Shown: positions 9,311 to 18,866 of the stretch, piece after piece
Layout: every line of letters begins with the position of its first letter
Numbering within the stretch: the stretch's first letter is position 1
Virus record (IMG/VR): IMGVR_UViG_3300020403_000008
DNA from: an uncultured virus (IMG/VR IMGVR_UViG_3300020403_000008)
Taxonomy: Duplodnaviria > Heunggongvirae > Uroviricota > Caudoviricetes > Crassvirales
Direction: 5' to 3' (one strand)
DNA: 64,000 nt
The notes under the pieces: model-generated
What the model saw: only the letters and a program-made list of their open reading frames with translations
The model's database searches: none
Told to the model about the DNA's origin: nothing
Translations under genes and position numbers: made by a program

Positions 9311-9655
9311 TTAGAAAATGTTAAAAAACCATTTACCCAAGTTACTAACATTTTTTGGATTTTGTCTAATAACTAGATTAAAACCTTCTAGTGTCGGCTG
9401 TATGTAGTGTACTCGAAAGCTTCCTACACGTATTATGCCTTCATACTCATTTTCCTTTATTGTATCTAGAACCTTATCAAGTTTCAAGTCTCCATACTCT
9501 GAAGCATGAAAAACAAGGTCCTCGTCCAAAAAGTTTGCACTGCCAATATTATAAATTGACGGCGCTCTGTCACTCCAAAACTTTTTTAGTTTAACTTTTG
9601 AGCTACGTGTTAAATCTAGCTCTTCAATCTTACTTAGAAATTCTGTTGTTGTCAT
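9311..9655 (-). CDS. hypothetical protein
   Basis: ORF downstream of TAACTTTG (9688-9681). Confidence 0.7.
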   Translation of the reverse strand: MTTTEFLSKIEELDLTRSSKVKLKKFWSDRAPSIYNIGSANFLDEDLVFHASEYGDLKLDKVLDTIKENEYEGIIRVGSFRVHYIQPTLEGFNLVIRQNPKNVSNLGKWFFNIF

Positions 9656-9685
9656 ATCGGTTTTATATTTTTATAGGTGTCAAAG

Positions 9686-10294
9686 TTATACATTTCCTTT
9701 TACGCTGGCATTCAGATTGTTAAACGCTCCGAAAACCTTTTCGTAATGCTCAGGTTGTAAATTTACGTCAGCTTCATGAAGTTGAAGCTTCAAATCTTTT
9801 TCTGAATTACACAAAGGAAACAAGTCAAACAAACACTCTACATCCCCATTTACCTCGTAATGATAAGCTAAATATGTGTAGTTCTTTGTAGATTCCAGAT
9901 ACCCAGATATAAAATGCATTTGTGACGCTTTATCTTTGATTGGGTCCGAATATTCAAACTTAACGCTCACATCAAAAGCTTTTGAAACCCCCTCAGCCAA
10001 AGCCTTCGGGGGATTCCAACTACTGTCAAATTCAATAGTAAGCATTGCGCTTGTTGACTCTATATTTACAACGTCAATCCATGAGCTCCCAAACATGTAA
10101 AGCTTGTCTTTATCTGATAAGTTTTCTGTTTCTTCAACAAAAGTTAATTCAGATAAATTGGATTCGTTTAATATCTCAGATAAAGTCCATTCAGTGAAAG
10201 TGTCGTACTCAGATACTCTCGTGAATTTATCATCAATCTTATGAAGAACAGCTTGTTCTCCATAGATTTTTAGTTTATTTGAAACAACGCTCAT
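9686..10294 (-). CDS. YubB/DUF1281-like ferredoxin-fold protein
   Basis: FDSSWNPP...VSKAF..V.FEY pattern. Confidence 0.5.
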   Translation of the reverse strand: MSVVSNKLKIYGEQAVLHKIDDKFTRVSEYDTFTEWTLSEILNESNLSELTFVEETENLSDKDKLYMFGSSWIDVVNIESTSAMLTIEFDSSWNPPKALAEGVSKAFDVSVKFEYSDPIKDKASQMHFISGYLESTKNYTYLAYHYEVNGDVECLFDLFPLCNSEKDLKLQLHEADVNLQPEHYEKVFGAFNNLNASVKGNV

Positions 10295-10935
10295 TATAAC
10301 GATTCTATGTGTCCTGTTAAAGTTTTTAAAAGCTTGTCTGCGTTGCTGAAATATTTACTGTTAGGATTGTCTTTAAACTTCTCCTCAGAATTAAAATCAG
10401 GTCTCGCATTTTCATAGTAAATTTTCATCAGGAAGTTTTTCATGTTATCATAATCTCCCTGATATAAAACTCTACCAAAAACAAACTTGCCGTCAATGTC
10501 ATTGTAGAAAGTTTCTATGACTAAAGTCTTGCCATTTACTTTTTTATCGTAAATGTACCTGACTAAAAATACGTGTTTCTCTACGCCGTACTGTTCGTCA
10601 TACCATCTTTTCCACACGTCCTCGCTTTTAAGTTGATAGAAGCCTTCTATCTGAGCCATGTTATAGCCAAAGGCTACCTTATCTCCTTCACGGTGCATGT
10701 CCATTAAACTGCTGAGGTTCCCGCAAAACAACAAGTCACATGATTCTTCCTTGGTCGATTCACTATCAACAGTTGTCTGACCAGCCGTTGTTGAAACGAC
10801 TGGAGGTTGTGGTCCTGGGCTTACTTCAAGCCCGTCTTGTGTATTAATATACAGACTGTCTAAGTCTGAAAGGTCCGTTGCAAAGCATCCGCTAGTAAGG
10901 ACCGCTAGGGTTATATACAATGTCATTTTTTTCAT
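10294..10935 (-). CDS. lipoprotein
   Basis: MKKMTLYITLAVLTSG-C: basic N-terminus, hydrophobic core and lipobox. Confidence 0.7.
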   Translation of the reverse strand: MKKMTLYITLAVLTSGCFATDLSDLDSLYINTQDGLEVSPGPQPPVVSTTAGQTTVDSESTKEESCDLLFCGNLSSLMDMHREGDKVAFGYNMAQIEGFYQLKSEDVWKRWYDEQYGVEKHVFLVRYIYDKKVNGKTLVIETFYNDIDGKFVFGRVLYQGDYDNMKNFLMKIYYENARPDFNSEEKFKDNPNSKYFSNADKLLKTLTGHIESL

Positions 10936-11182
10936 TAGATTTAATTTTAGATTGATTTTTGTTTTGTAACTCATTGTTTACGAAGAGAATTATGGCTTCG
11001 TCATAGTCCATTTTTTGTTTGTCCCACTTAATGTTATGCTTGGCATTTTTATGATACCATTTTTGTGCAAGTTCATAAGCTCGGTCAAATGTTGACCATA
11101 TAGTTCCACCCAACATATCCTCTTGAATTATTATTGAAGTTATCAAAGCTAACTCCTTGGCTTGTTCATTATCTATTTTCAT
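10892..11182 (-). CDS. hypothetical protein
   Basis: ORF in the early operon. Confidence 0.6.
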   Translation of the reverse strand: MKIDNEQAKELALITSIIIQEDMLGGTIWSTFDRAYELAQKWYHKNAKHNIKWDKQKMDYDEAIILFVNNELQNKNQSKIKSNEKNDIVYNPSGPY

Positions 11183-11205
11183 TTTATTATTATTTATATT
11201 AATAT

Positions 11206-11805
11206 TTATTTTAATCCTGTTTGTAAGTCGTTTATTTCCCAGCCAAAAACTGCCTTGAGATATTTCTCAAGCTTAGGCTTGTCTTCTGTTCTGAACAGTA
11301 TATCGCAAGCAGTAGAAAAAACGTTGCTGGTCCTGACTGTTATAACCCAAAGAGGGAAGTTAGGATGCGTACTTTCGTCTTCAGCTAGGCTTTGAAGAAA
11401 GTCATTTATTTTTTGCTTGTGAGACATGTGGTCGTCTAGCCATCCAGTTATCCAGCCGTCTATTGTTTCCCAGCCTTCTTTGAAGTCGTAGTCAAAATAT
11501 CCACGCCAGCCGTCAGTTGACTTCCAGTACATTTTTTCTATTGGAAATTTCTCTGAGTCTGTGGTGTAGTTTATGTCTTCGTAATATTCGTTCATCAGTT
11601 TGTAATGTTGTGTATAATAATACTTTTCAGAGTCTGCCCACTCCACCCCGTAAGGGATGCAGTGAGCGGCATCTTCAAGTTCACTATTGTCACAAGATTC
11701 ACAAAAAGTAATTTCGTCTCCTTCGTGGTTCTCCCCTATTCTGTAACTTTCGTCTTCAGGGTTTATATCTTCTCCACAAATGTCGCATTTGATTAACTCG
11801 CTCAT
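11206..11805 (-). CDS. hypothetical protein with N-terminal Zn finger
   Basis: CDIC...CESC. Confidence 0.7.
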   Translation of the reverse strand: MSELIKCDICGEDINPEDESYRIGENHEGDEITFCESCDNSELEDAAHCIPYGVEWADSEKYYYTQHYKLMNEYYEDINYTTDSEKFPIEKMYWKSTDGWRGYFDYDFKEGWETIDGWITGWLDDHMSHKQKINDFLQSLAEDESTHPNFPLWVITVRTSNVFSTACDILFRTEDKPKLEKYLKAVFGWEINDLQTGLK

Positions 11806-11811
11806 AATGTT

Positions 11812-12060
11812 TTATTTAATAAGTTCTTCTATAAATTCTGATTGTACTCCATTCCCTGAGGGAAGTTTTTCGACAAGGTGTCTGATTGCGTAAACCTTCA
11901 GTGAGGATTTTCTGCCTATTTCAGCTCTTGCCTGTTTCTCGGTGTTGAACATTTTAGCTTTATGAAAAGCCTTAGTTACTCTCCCGTCTTCTCCTAGCGT
12001 CCTGTCCTTACTGTCCTTCAGGATGTACGCATGAATTTGATTAAATATTAGTTCTTTCAT
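11812..12060 (-). CDS. hypothetical protein
   Basis: Packed ORF. Confidence 0.6.
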   Translation of the reverse strand: MKELIFNQIHAYILKDSKDRTLGEDGRVTKAFHKAKMFNTEKQARAEIGRKSSLKVYAIRHLVEKLPSGNGVQSEFIEELIK

Positions 12061-12257
12061 TCCTCTCGTGGTTCTATGTAGTCTAAAATCTCGTTAAATA
12101 TTTTAGGATAGTCATTGAAAAGAATATCCACAATTTGCTTGTCTCTTGCTCCGTTAGATTTTAATTCTCTAGCTCTTTTCTTAAACTTGTCTTTGATTTC
12201 TGTCAGACGTCCAACCTCCCATTGTAAGTCTGTTACTTTATCTTTTGCAAAGCTCAT
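12057..12257 (-). CDS. hypothetical protein
   Basis: Packed ORF. Confidence 0.6.
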   Translation of the reverse strand: MSFAKDKVTDLQWEVGRLTEIKDKFKKRARELKSNGARDKQIVDILFNDYPKIFNEILDYIEPREE

Positions 12258-12259
12258 AA

Positions 12260-12748
12260 TTAAAATGCTGAATAAGGTTTAAGTTGATTGTTCTCGTAAG
12301 TCTCCCACTCCCATTCATCATCATGTACAGTCAGTTCATGGAAGTATTTTTTAAGCTTCTCAGAAATAGCGATTAAACGCTTGTCGTCTGTCCAGTTTTT
12401 TATGGTGCAGTCGCTACCAATTCTTGCGAGCATTCCGCCACCTAAATAGTTTTGATATGCGCACATTTTTTCCCCTTGAAAACCGAAGTTGTCAAGGGAA
12501 ATTTCTATACCACCTCCTCTATGAGATATTTCCTGTCTCAATACTAAAAAGGTAGATGCGATGTAACCTCCAACAGAGTCGAAAGCTTCAGGGTTAGTGC
12601 CCATCTCGTAAAAGATTCTAAGTAGTCCTAAGCCTACTATGGCTCCGCCTGTTGTTTTAATTGCCATGACTAAATAGTCAGGTGCAGTGTCTTGGTCAGC
12701 CCAATTCTTGAGCGCCGTCTTTAAAAAATTGATTAATTTAATTAACAT
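12260..12748 (-). CDS. hypothetical protein with a hydrophobic N-terminal segment
   Basis: First gene after the promoter at 12784-12777. Confidence 0.7.
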   Translation of the reverse strand: MLIKLINFLKTALKNWADQDTAPDYLVMAIKTTGGAIVGLGLLRIFYEMGTNPEAFDSVGGYIASTFLVLRQEISHRGGGIEISLDNFGFQGEKMCAYQNYLGGGMLARIGSDCTIKNWTDDKRLIAISEKLKKYFHELTVHDDEWEWETYENNQLKPYSAF

Positions 12749-12776
12749 AGTGTAAATTTTTAATGATTAACTGATT

Positions 12777-12808
12777 CAAACTTACAACACTTTTTTTTAC
12801 TGTGCAAG
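12777..12808 (-). promoter_or_regulatory. Early promoter (-7 TAAGTTTG; -33 CTTG)
   Basis: TAnnTTTG at 12784-12777; leader shares GATTAACTG and CATAGTGTAAA with the ardC leader. Confidence 0.7.
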
Positions 12809-12825
12809 TTTTTGTGAATAAAATT

Positions 12826-13017
12826 TTAAATTCTTCTTAATAATTTCTCTATAATATCATAAGTCTCCTGTCCTGAAGAACTCATTCTGTCATAGTCAAA
12901 GCCTAAAAGATTAATATTTCTTTTTAGCTCTCGGATATTATCTTCACGTTCCCGCTCGATAGCTCCGTTCTTTTGTGCGGTCTTAACCGCTTTGTCAAAT
13001 CTTGTTTGTGCACTCAT
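12826..13017 (-). CDS. hypothetical protein
   Basis: Packed ORF. Confidence 0.6.
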   Translation of the reverse strand: MSAQTRFDKAVKTAQKNGAIEREREDNIRELKRNINLLGFDYDRMSSSGQETYDIIEKLLRRI

Positions 13018-13183
13018 TGTTTTTAATTTTAGTTGTGTTAAAAAATTGATTAATAATTAAGTTGTCAAATGTCTTCTCAGGGACCTTCCCAAAGCCTGTC
13101 TTTGATATTCTATTACAGAAAGCTCTAGCTTCTAAAATTTGGTCCGCTATACCTTCCAGCTGTTCTTCAGTATATTTAGGCAT
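12995..13183 (-). CDS. hypothetical protein
   Basis: Likely start ATG 13183 (MPKYT). Confidence 0.5.
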   Translation of the reverse strand: MPKYTEEQLEGIADQILEARAFCNRISKTGFGKVPEKTFDNLIINQFFNTTKIKNNECTNKI

Positions 13184-13556
13184 GTCTCTTGAAATTAAAT
13201 TTGACGTCATGAAGTAGTTTTCCTACCCTGATATTTTCATCGTGAGCCTGAGCCAGTCGTTCACTATCATCAGTGTACTCCTCATAGACTTGTTTACTCT
13301 CTTTGAAAAAACCTTCCGAAGCTTCAGGACCTAGCCACATTTTAGATTTAAAATCTACTATGTATCCAGCCCACTCAATCCACATGTGAGGGATTCGCTT
13401 CTCTCCTAATTCTACGTGCCCTGTAACAATTCTAAACTCCTCTTGTTCCTGTGCCAGTAGATAGGCAATAACTCGTGACGTACCGTCACACTCGTAATTT
13501 TTACACACCGCCGAAACTCTGTCGGCGATGTATAGTTTAAATAAATTATTATTCAT
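13176..13556 (-). CDS. transglutaminase/papain-like fold protein
   Basis: Cys (ECDGTSR), His (PHMWIE) and Asp (IVDF) triad spacing. Confidence 0.55.
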   Translation of the reverse strand: MNNNLFKLYIADRVSAVCKNYECDGTSRVIAYLLAQEQEEFRIVTGHVELGEKRIPHMWIEWAGYIVDFKSKMWLGPEASEGFFKESKQVYEEYTDDSERLAQAHDENIRVGKLLHDVKFNFKRHA

Positions 13557-13559
13557 GAT

Positions 13560-13835
13560 TTAATATGTTAAATGTTTTTCTAGATTCATGTCGTATAAAA
13601 TTTGCCTTCCGATTTCAAAAACCTTTTTGTCTGTGGTAGTTGTCGGACCATAAAATTCATAACCATCATCATCTTCATCTTCATCAGCTGTGAACACTTC
13701 TATGTCGGTTATTCTGTCGCCGTTATAGTAAACGCCCTGCGCCCAATAAGTTATATTATTATATATAAACTTAGCTTTGAATTGTATTGTGGAAGCGTAA
13801 GCTTCCTGCTCGATTACTTCTATATTATTTTTCAT
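13560..13835 (-). CDS. hypothetical acidic protein
   Basis: ORF with a DEDEDDD tract. Confidence 0.65.
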   Translation of the reverse strand: MKNNIEVIEQEAYASTIQFKAKFIYNNITYWAQGVYYNGDRITDIEVFTADEDEDDDGYEFYGPTTTTDKKVFEIGRQILYDMNLEKHLTY

Positions 13836-16269
13836 TGTTCTCTTTTTTTGATTCTTCTACTTTTTTGTCTGTTGCTTTCTTGCAAGAAATTATAAACCCT
13901 TTTAAAGCTTCTCTGTCACAATTAAAGTCTTCCTCCCAAAAGTTTCGTTTACCCTCTTGGTAGGTGTAACAGTCTTTAGTTATTTCAAACTTTGTTGTAA
14001 GCTTTGCCTTTGCCTTCTTCTCGTTCCAGTTGTCAATCCTGAAACTTATAATTCTTCCGTGTTGTTCTCTCACACGGGGCAAGGTGTCACTGCATCCTTT
14101 AACCTTGTTTTCAATCCAGTAGTGGTCAGTAGTAAAGTTGCTGTCGTCTATCGTTGCGCCGTTCTCTAAAAAGTTATTAAAGAAGTCTTCGCTTTTCTTC
14201 TCGCTAATCTCTCTAGCTAATCTCTCTATGTTTCTTCTAAGCTTCCAGCTTGCCTGCTGTGTTAAACACAAATCAACGTAAGCATCCAGCATTCCCCAGT
14301 CTTCGTTGACTACTGGAATAGATATATTAATAACTTTTTCAAACAGCTTGTAGGCTTTTGTTCCTAGCTCAGTTATTAACTGTTGCTCTTCCTGTTCTTT
14401 TGTGTCTTGCTCAATCACGTTGCCAGCAAACACTTGAAACGTGGAGCCTGTCGTTGCGTAGTTGTCAATCTTAGTTGACAGCCCGAACTCATAGGTTTTG
14501 TTAGGCTCTACGTCCCAGCCTTGGCTGTATCTCCCCTCAGGGGTATTGCTTGTATATATTTTAACAAGCTCAAGCTCCACGGCGATGTAGCTTTTATATT
14601 CTTTACCTCCAACGTTGTAGTATATAATATAATTAGCTGTTCCTGTGCCTTGTTTTAGCTCTACCTTTTCGAAGTATACTTCTTTGGTAATTTCGCTCTG
14701 TAACTGTCTTAAAATGCGCTGGAAAACGTCATCTCTCATTTTTAAGTAGGCATGATTTTTTGTTTGCTCACTCCAGCTTTTCTTGATAGCTTCTAAGCCC
14801 TGCTTCCCTGATATGTTTGCACTATCTGAAAGCTCTGCAATAGCCACCTTGTCGTTGTCGTAGTCATAGACTTTGCCGTTGATTGTAAACGTCCTGCTGT
14901 GAAGCTGTTCTTCAATCTGAAACGGTAGGTTTCCCTCACGGTATCTGTACTGGACCTCTTCAATAGCGTCATCAATGTTTTCTATCTCTTGTGAATTTAG
15001 CCCAGTATCAAGAAGCTTTCCAGTATCTAAGTCAAACAGCCTTACGCTATAACCCATGAGGTTATCGTCCCAGTAGCTCGGAGCATGTATTATATATATA
15101 TTACCTCCCACGTGGTCCACGCTGAAGCTGTCCACTGTCTGATTAAAAAATCTAAGCGTTGACTCCTCGAAGTAGTTAGGCGCTGTTTCTTTGGTAGCTT
15201 CTACCACGTCCTGAATAGTTATGTTCTGAGGCTTTACGTTGACCTGCTTTGAAGATAAAACAGCTTGCTTTTTAGCCTTAGGCTTTGACGGGGTTTTGTC
15301 CCCGCCTTTGCCTAGTATATATTCTACTGCTTTTTGAGCCTGTCCCATTGCGTAAACTGCTTCTCGCTCTTTGTTCTCTAGATGCTTAATCCAGCCGTTG
15401 ATATAGGCTTGGCTGTTAAGCTCGCTGTCCTTTGGCTCTAGTCCACAAATACCTGTCAAGTACCATGCGCCAATCTCTGCCACTAGCTCCTCTTTGCTGT
15501 ATAGCTCATTTCCAAAGCTAGCCTTTGGCGATGTCACGCCCTCTCTCTTGAGTCTGTTCTTGTGACCTGTACTGTGAATTAGCTCATGAAATAAAGTTTT
15601 GTAATAGCTCGCTGTGTCCACGAAATTCTCAGGATTTGGCATTTGCACCTTGTCGATAGATGGGCTGTAATAAGCCTGATTTCCGCCGTGTCTCAGTTGA
15701 GGTGCTTTAGTATAATTATTATATATATCATCCGCTGACGGGATAGCTACATGGTCAGGGTTTTGTGGTGTATCGTCAACCTTGCTTTCAAGTCCTGTTG
15801 TTTGCTCGATGTTGTAAACTACATGATAAATCAAGCTCCAGCACTCAGTCAAAGTCTTGTTTTGCACGTCCTGAGGAAGTTTAAAACCTGCCTTGATAAC
15901 GGCTCTTTCATTGGGGTAATATTTGCCTGTTTCTGTAACTTTAAATGAGCGGTTCCAAAATACAATACCTGTACCCTTTTCGTCTTTCTTAACACGCCCT
16001 CCAGCGTTGTTGATAGCTTTGAAAGTTGCCCATTCGCCCGAACTGTAATTTTCAGCTCTTGCAATAGCACTTAAAAGCATTCTGTTAACGCCTGTATAAT
16101 TTCTACGGCTGTTGTAATTTAGCGGAGCGTACAATGTGCCGTCAGCCATGCGCCACGGTTTGAACCATTCTAAACCCTCCTCTTTTAAGCCCTTTAAAAC
16201 GGCTTGATTAACTTTGTTAAAAGCGTTGTTTTTACTGTTCTTTTTTGTAGTGTTAACTTGTGTTTTCAT
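13825..16269 (-). CDS. ardC: ArdC-family antirestriction/polyvalent protein (ArdC-N ssDNA-binding + zincin MPTase + extra domains)
   Basis: WFKPW, YTGVN, WATFK, GGRVKKDEKG; AYYSP..D.V.MP; HELIHSTGH..RLKR; YSKEELVAE; ~480 extra C-terminal residues. Confidence 0.88.
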   Translation of the reverse strand: MKTQVNTTKKNSKNNAFNKVNQAVLKGLKEEGLEWFKPWRMADGTLYAPLNYNSRRNYTGVNRMLLSAIARAENYSSGEWATFKAINNAGGRVKKDEKGTGIVFWNRSFKVTETGKYYPNERAVIKAGFKLPQDVQNKTLTECWSLIYHVVYNIEQTTGLESKVDDTPQNPDHVAIPSADDIYNNYTKAPQLRHGGNQAYYSPSIDKVQMPNPENFVDTASYYKTLFHELIHSTGHKNRLKREGVTSPKASFGNELYSKEELVAEIGAWYLTGICGLEPKDSELNSQAYINGWIKHLENKEREAVYAMGQAQKAVEYILGKGGDKTPSKPKAKKQAVLSSKQVNVKPQNITIQDVVEATKETAPNYFEESTLRFFNQTVDSFSVDHVGGNIYIIHAPSYWDDNLMGYSVRLFDLDTGKLLDTGLNSQEIENIDDAIEEVQYRYREGNLPFQIEEQLHSRTFTINGKVYDYDNDKVAIAELSDSANISGKQGLEAIKKSWSEQTKNHAYLKMRDDVFQRILRQLQSEITKEVYFEKVELKQGTGTANYIIYYNVGGKEYKSYIAVELELVKIYTSNTPEGRYSQGWDVEPNKTYEFGLSTKIDNYATTGSTFQVFAGNVIEQDTKEQEEQQLITELGTKAYKLFEKVINISIPVVNEDWGMLDAYVDLCLTQQASWKLRRNIERLAREISEKKSEDFFNNFLENGATIDDSNFTTDHYWIENKVKGCSDTLPRVREQHGRIISFRIDNWNEKKAKAKLTTKFEITKDCYTYQEGKRNFWEEDFNCDREALKGFIISCKKATDKKVEESKKENNEK

Positions 16270-16307
16270 AGTGTAAATATTAAATTAAAATTTTTGATTA
16301 ACTGGGG

Positions 16308-16338
16308 CTAAATTACAATTATTAACCAAACTACCAAA
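16308..16338 (-). promoter_or_regulatory. Early promoter for ardC (-7 TAATTTAG, -33 TTTG)
   Basis: Near-consensus -7 box at 16315-16308, with TTTG 19 nt upstream. Confidence 0.6.
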
Positions 16339-16762
16339 CTTTATTAACAAATATTTTTATTTCACTGGACCCAAATACCTTGGCAACCCGCACCAGTGTT
16401 AACCTTTGGGAGCATAAATTTTTTTTCAAATTTGTATGATTTACTAATATAATTAGATGCGCAAAGAGAGGTTATTTCGTGTCCCTATGCGTCTAAACGT
16501 GAAATTTTAGAGATAGGGGACAGAAAAAGGTAAATTTTAGCTGTGGTCCCGCATAAACACTGGGAAAAAAAGGTAAAAAGTTGGGCTGGATTGACCAAAA
16601 AGTCGACCCCGTGGACCAATCCAAAACGTTTTCCAAAATCGGCGTCTGTCGTCAACTTGATACATAACCCGTTGGTTCTCGATAACTGATGTGTAACCAA
16701 AAATGGACATTAACTATGTTGTATATATTGTACACCCTTATTTGTCCAGCTTCGGTAACACA

Positions 16763-16781
16763 TATATTTGTTGTATATTTG
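16763..16781 (+). promoter_or_regulatory. Two tandem TATATTTG -7 boxes starting the rightward arm
   Basis: TATATTTG at 16763-16770 and 16774-16781. Confidence 0.6.
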
Positions 16782-16805
16782 ATATAAATAATTAAATATT
16801 ATATA

Positions 16806-17012
16806 ATGGACGGTATAGAAAACACTATTAGAGAAAAACTATTAAAACAAATTGATGAGGAGTTGTCTGCTGACGCAGTAGTTAACGTTGAGGTCTTTAA
16901 AGTATTAACTAAATTCTATATAGACTTCATGCATTTAAAGAACAATGAGAAGGTTATGAGAGACGCTCAGAAAGCAGCTATGCAACCCCCAGGTAATCCT
17001 TTGAAAAAATAA
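16806..17012 (+). CDS. hypothetical protein
   Basis: First rightward ORF. Confidence 0.65.
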   Translation: MDGIENTIREKLLKQIDEELSADAVVNVEVFKVLTKFYIDFMHLKNNEKVMRDAQKAAMQPPGNPLKK

Positions 17013-17013
17013 C

Positions 17014-17157
17014 ATGGAAGCTACCATAACATTCATGCCTCCCTATCAACTTATGGCAGGGGTGTCTTTTTTCCCAGAAGAATTTAAAGATGGTAAACAT
17101 TATTGGAATGAATTTACAGTGTATATATTTATTTTTAGCATAAAGTTAGAATGGTAA
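17014..17157 (+). CDS. small hypothetical protein (47 aa)
   Basis: MEATITFMPP...IFSIKLEW, read manually; fills the gap. Confidence 0.55.
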   Translation: MEATITFMPPYQLMAGVSFFPEEFKDGKHYWNEFTVYIFIFSIKLEW

Positions 17158-17205
17158 AACATTTTTTCTTATGTTTGTATCATTAAAATTTAATTCAATT
17201 ACACT

Positions 17206-17280
17206 ATGAAACTATTTAACTTCTTTTTAGGACTATCAATCGGACTATCTGTATCTCTTATACTAATAGTAAACTCATGA
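17206..17280 (+). CDS. 24-aa hydrophobic peptide coupled to groEL
   Basis: MKLFNFFLGLSIGLSVSLILIVNS; ATGA overlap with groEL; follows TATGTTTG 17170-17177. Confidence 0.55.
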   Translation: MKLFNFFLGLSIGLSVSLILIVNS

Positions 17281-18866
17281 TAGAAAAGGACATTACATTA
17301 GAACCTAAGGATTCTTTATTAGAAGGCGTTAGGGTTCTTAAGGACGCTGTGGGCTCAACTCTTGGACCAAACGGTTCTACCGTATTACTAGAGGACGAGC
17401 TTGGAAAACCACACACCACAAAAGATGGTGTTACGGTAGCTAAATCAATTAACTTATCGGACCCAGTACAACACTTGGGTATGTCTGTAGTAAGACAAGC
17501 TTCTATGAAAACAGCTGATGAAGCAGGTGACGGTACTACTACTTCTGTGGTTGTAGCGCATGAACTTATCTCTGTAGCGAGTGAAGAGCTGAAAAAAGAC
17601 AAAACTCTTAATATTTATGAGTTATGTGCACACCTCAGCTCAGAAATGAATGAAGCTGTAGAATACATAAAACGTAAAGCTATAGACGCTGACAAGGAAT
17701 TATTATCTAATGTAGCTAGAATATCAGCTAACAACGATAAAGAAATAGGGGACCTCATCTCTAATGCTTATGAAACACTAGGTAAGAATACTATTTTTAC
17801 TATAGAAGAAGCTATGAGTGACAAAACATGGGTAGAAGAAATAGAGGGTACTCGTATAAAGAAAGGATATGCCAGTAGTTATCTAATTAACGATAAGGAG
17901 AAGGGTAGGGTTATGTACGAACACGGGGTAATATTGGTTTCTGATAAAAAAATCGAAACTATAGAGAGTATTATGACTCTACTCAAGTTCTCCGTCACAA
18001 ACGCAAAACCTCTTGTTATTGTGTCAGAAGTTAGTGAACAAGTACAAAACGCATTAAACGTAAACAAAGCTAGTGGTAAACTAAATGTAAATGTAGTTTC
18101 TCCAGAAGGAGTAGGTACATCTAGGTTTGAGTTATTAGAGGATTTATGTATTATGACTGGTGCAACACTGGTAAGTGATGAGACTGGAGACAATCTAGCT
18201 CATATAACCCCAGATATGTTAGGTAAATTCAAGAAGATTATATCCACATCTTCAGAAACAACCATAGTTTTACCCAGCGAAACGGCTGACGCCGTTAGTA
18301 ATAGACGAGAGGAAGTAGAAAACATACTTTCAAAAAACACAGACAAATATATAACGTACCATATAAAAGACCGCCTCTCCAGGTTGTACGGGGGTGTAGC
18401 TGCTTTGCATGTTGGGGCTTTTACAGAAGTTGAGATGAAGGAGAAAAAAGACCGAGTTGATGACGCTGTACAAGCAGCAAGAGCAGCATTAGACACGGGA
18501 GTGGTTCCTGGTGGAGGTGTGTCTTATTTAAATGCAGCTAAAAGAGCTGAGAGAAAAATAAAATCATCGAAAAACAAATATGCTAAGGTGGCAAATAAAA
18601 TTATACACCTAAGCTTACAAGAACCTATTTATAAAATATTAAGCAATAGTAACTGTAATCACGAAAAGGTAATGACTTCGGTATACAAGTCTCCTAGATT
18701 CAATTATGGATATGATGCAAAAAACAATAAATACGGTGATTTAATATCTATGGGTATAGTTGACCCATTTAAAGTAGTAAAAAATGTGTTACAAAACTCA
18801 GTTTCTGTAGCAACGAACATTTTAACAACGGACGTCTGTGTAACAAACAGAAGAGCTGATGGCTAA
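17277..18866 (+). CDS. groEL: Chaperonin GroEL
   Basis: TLGPNG, TKDGVTVAK, AGDGTTT, EKKDRVDDA, GVVPGGG and GIVDP motifs. Confidence 0.97.
   Translation: MIEKDITLEPKDSLLEGVRVLKDAVGSTLGPNGSTVLLEDELGKPHTTKDGVTVAKSINLSDPVQHLGMSVVRQASMKTADEAGDGTTTSVVVAHELISVASEELKKDKTLNIYELCAHLSSEMNEAVEYIKRKAIDADKELLSNVARISANNDKEIGDLISNAYETLGKNTIFTIEEAMSDKTWVEEIEGTRIKKGYASSYLINDKEKGRVMYEHGVILVSDKKIETIESIMTLLKFSVTNAKPLVIVSEVSEQVQNALNVNKASGKLNVNVVSPEGVGTSRFELLEDLCIMTGATLVSDETGDNLAHITPDMLGKFKKIISTSSETTIVLPSETADAVSNRREEVENILSKNTDKYITYHIKDRLSRLYGGVAALHVGAFTEVEMKEKKDRVDDAVQAARAALDTGVVPGGGVSYLNAAKRAERKIKSSKNKYAKVANKIIHLSLQEPIYKILSNSNCNHEKVMTSVYKSPRFNYGYDAKNNKYGDLISMGIVDPFKVVKNVLQNSVSVATNILTTDVCVTNRRADG

Noticed and set aside
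16485..16700. 71-aa minus-strand ORF in the divergent intergenic region
   Set aside because: Non-ATG start, atypical composition, lies upstream of the ardC promoter
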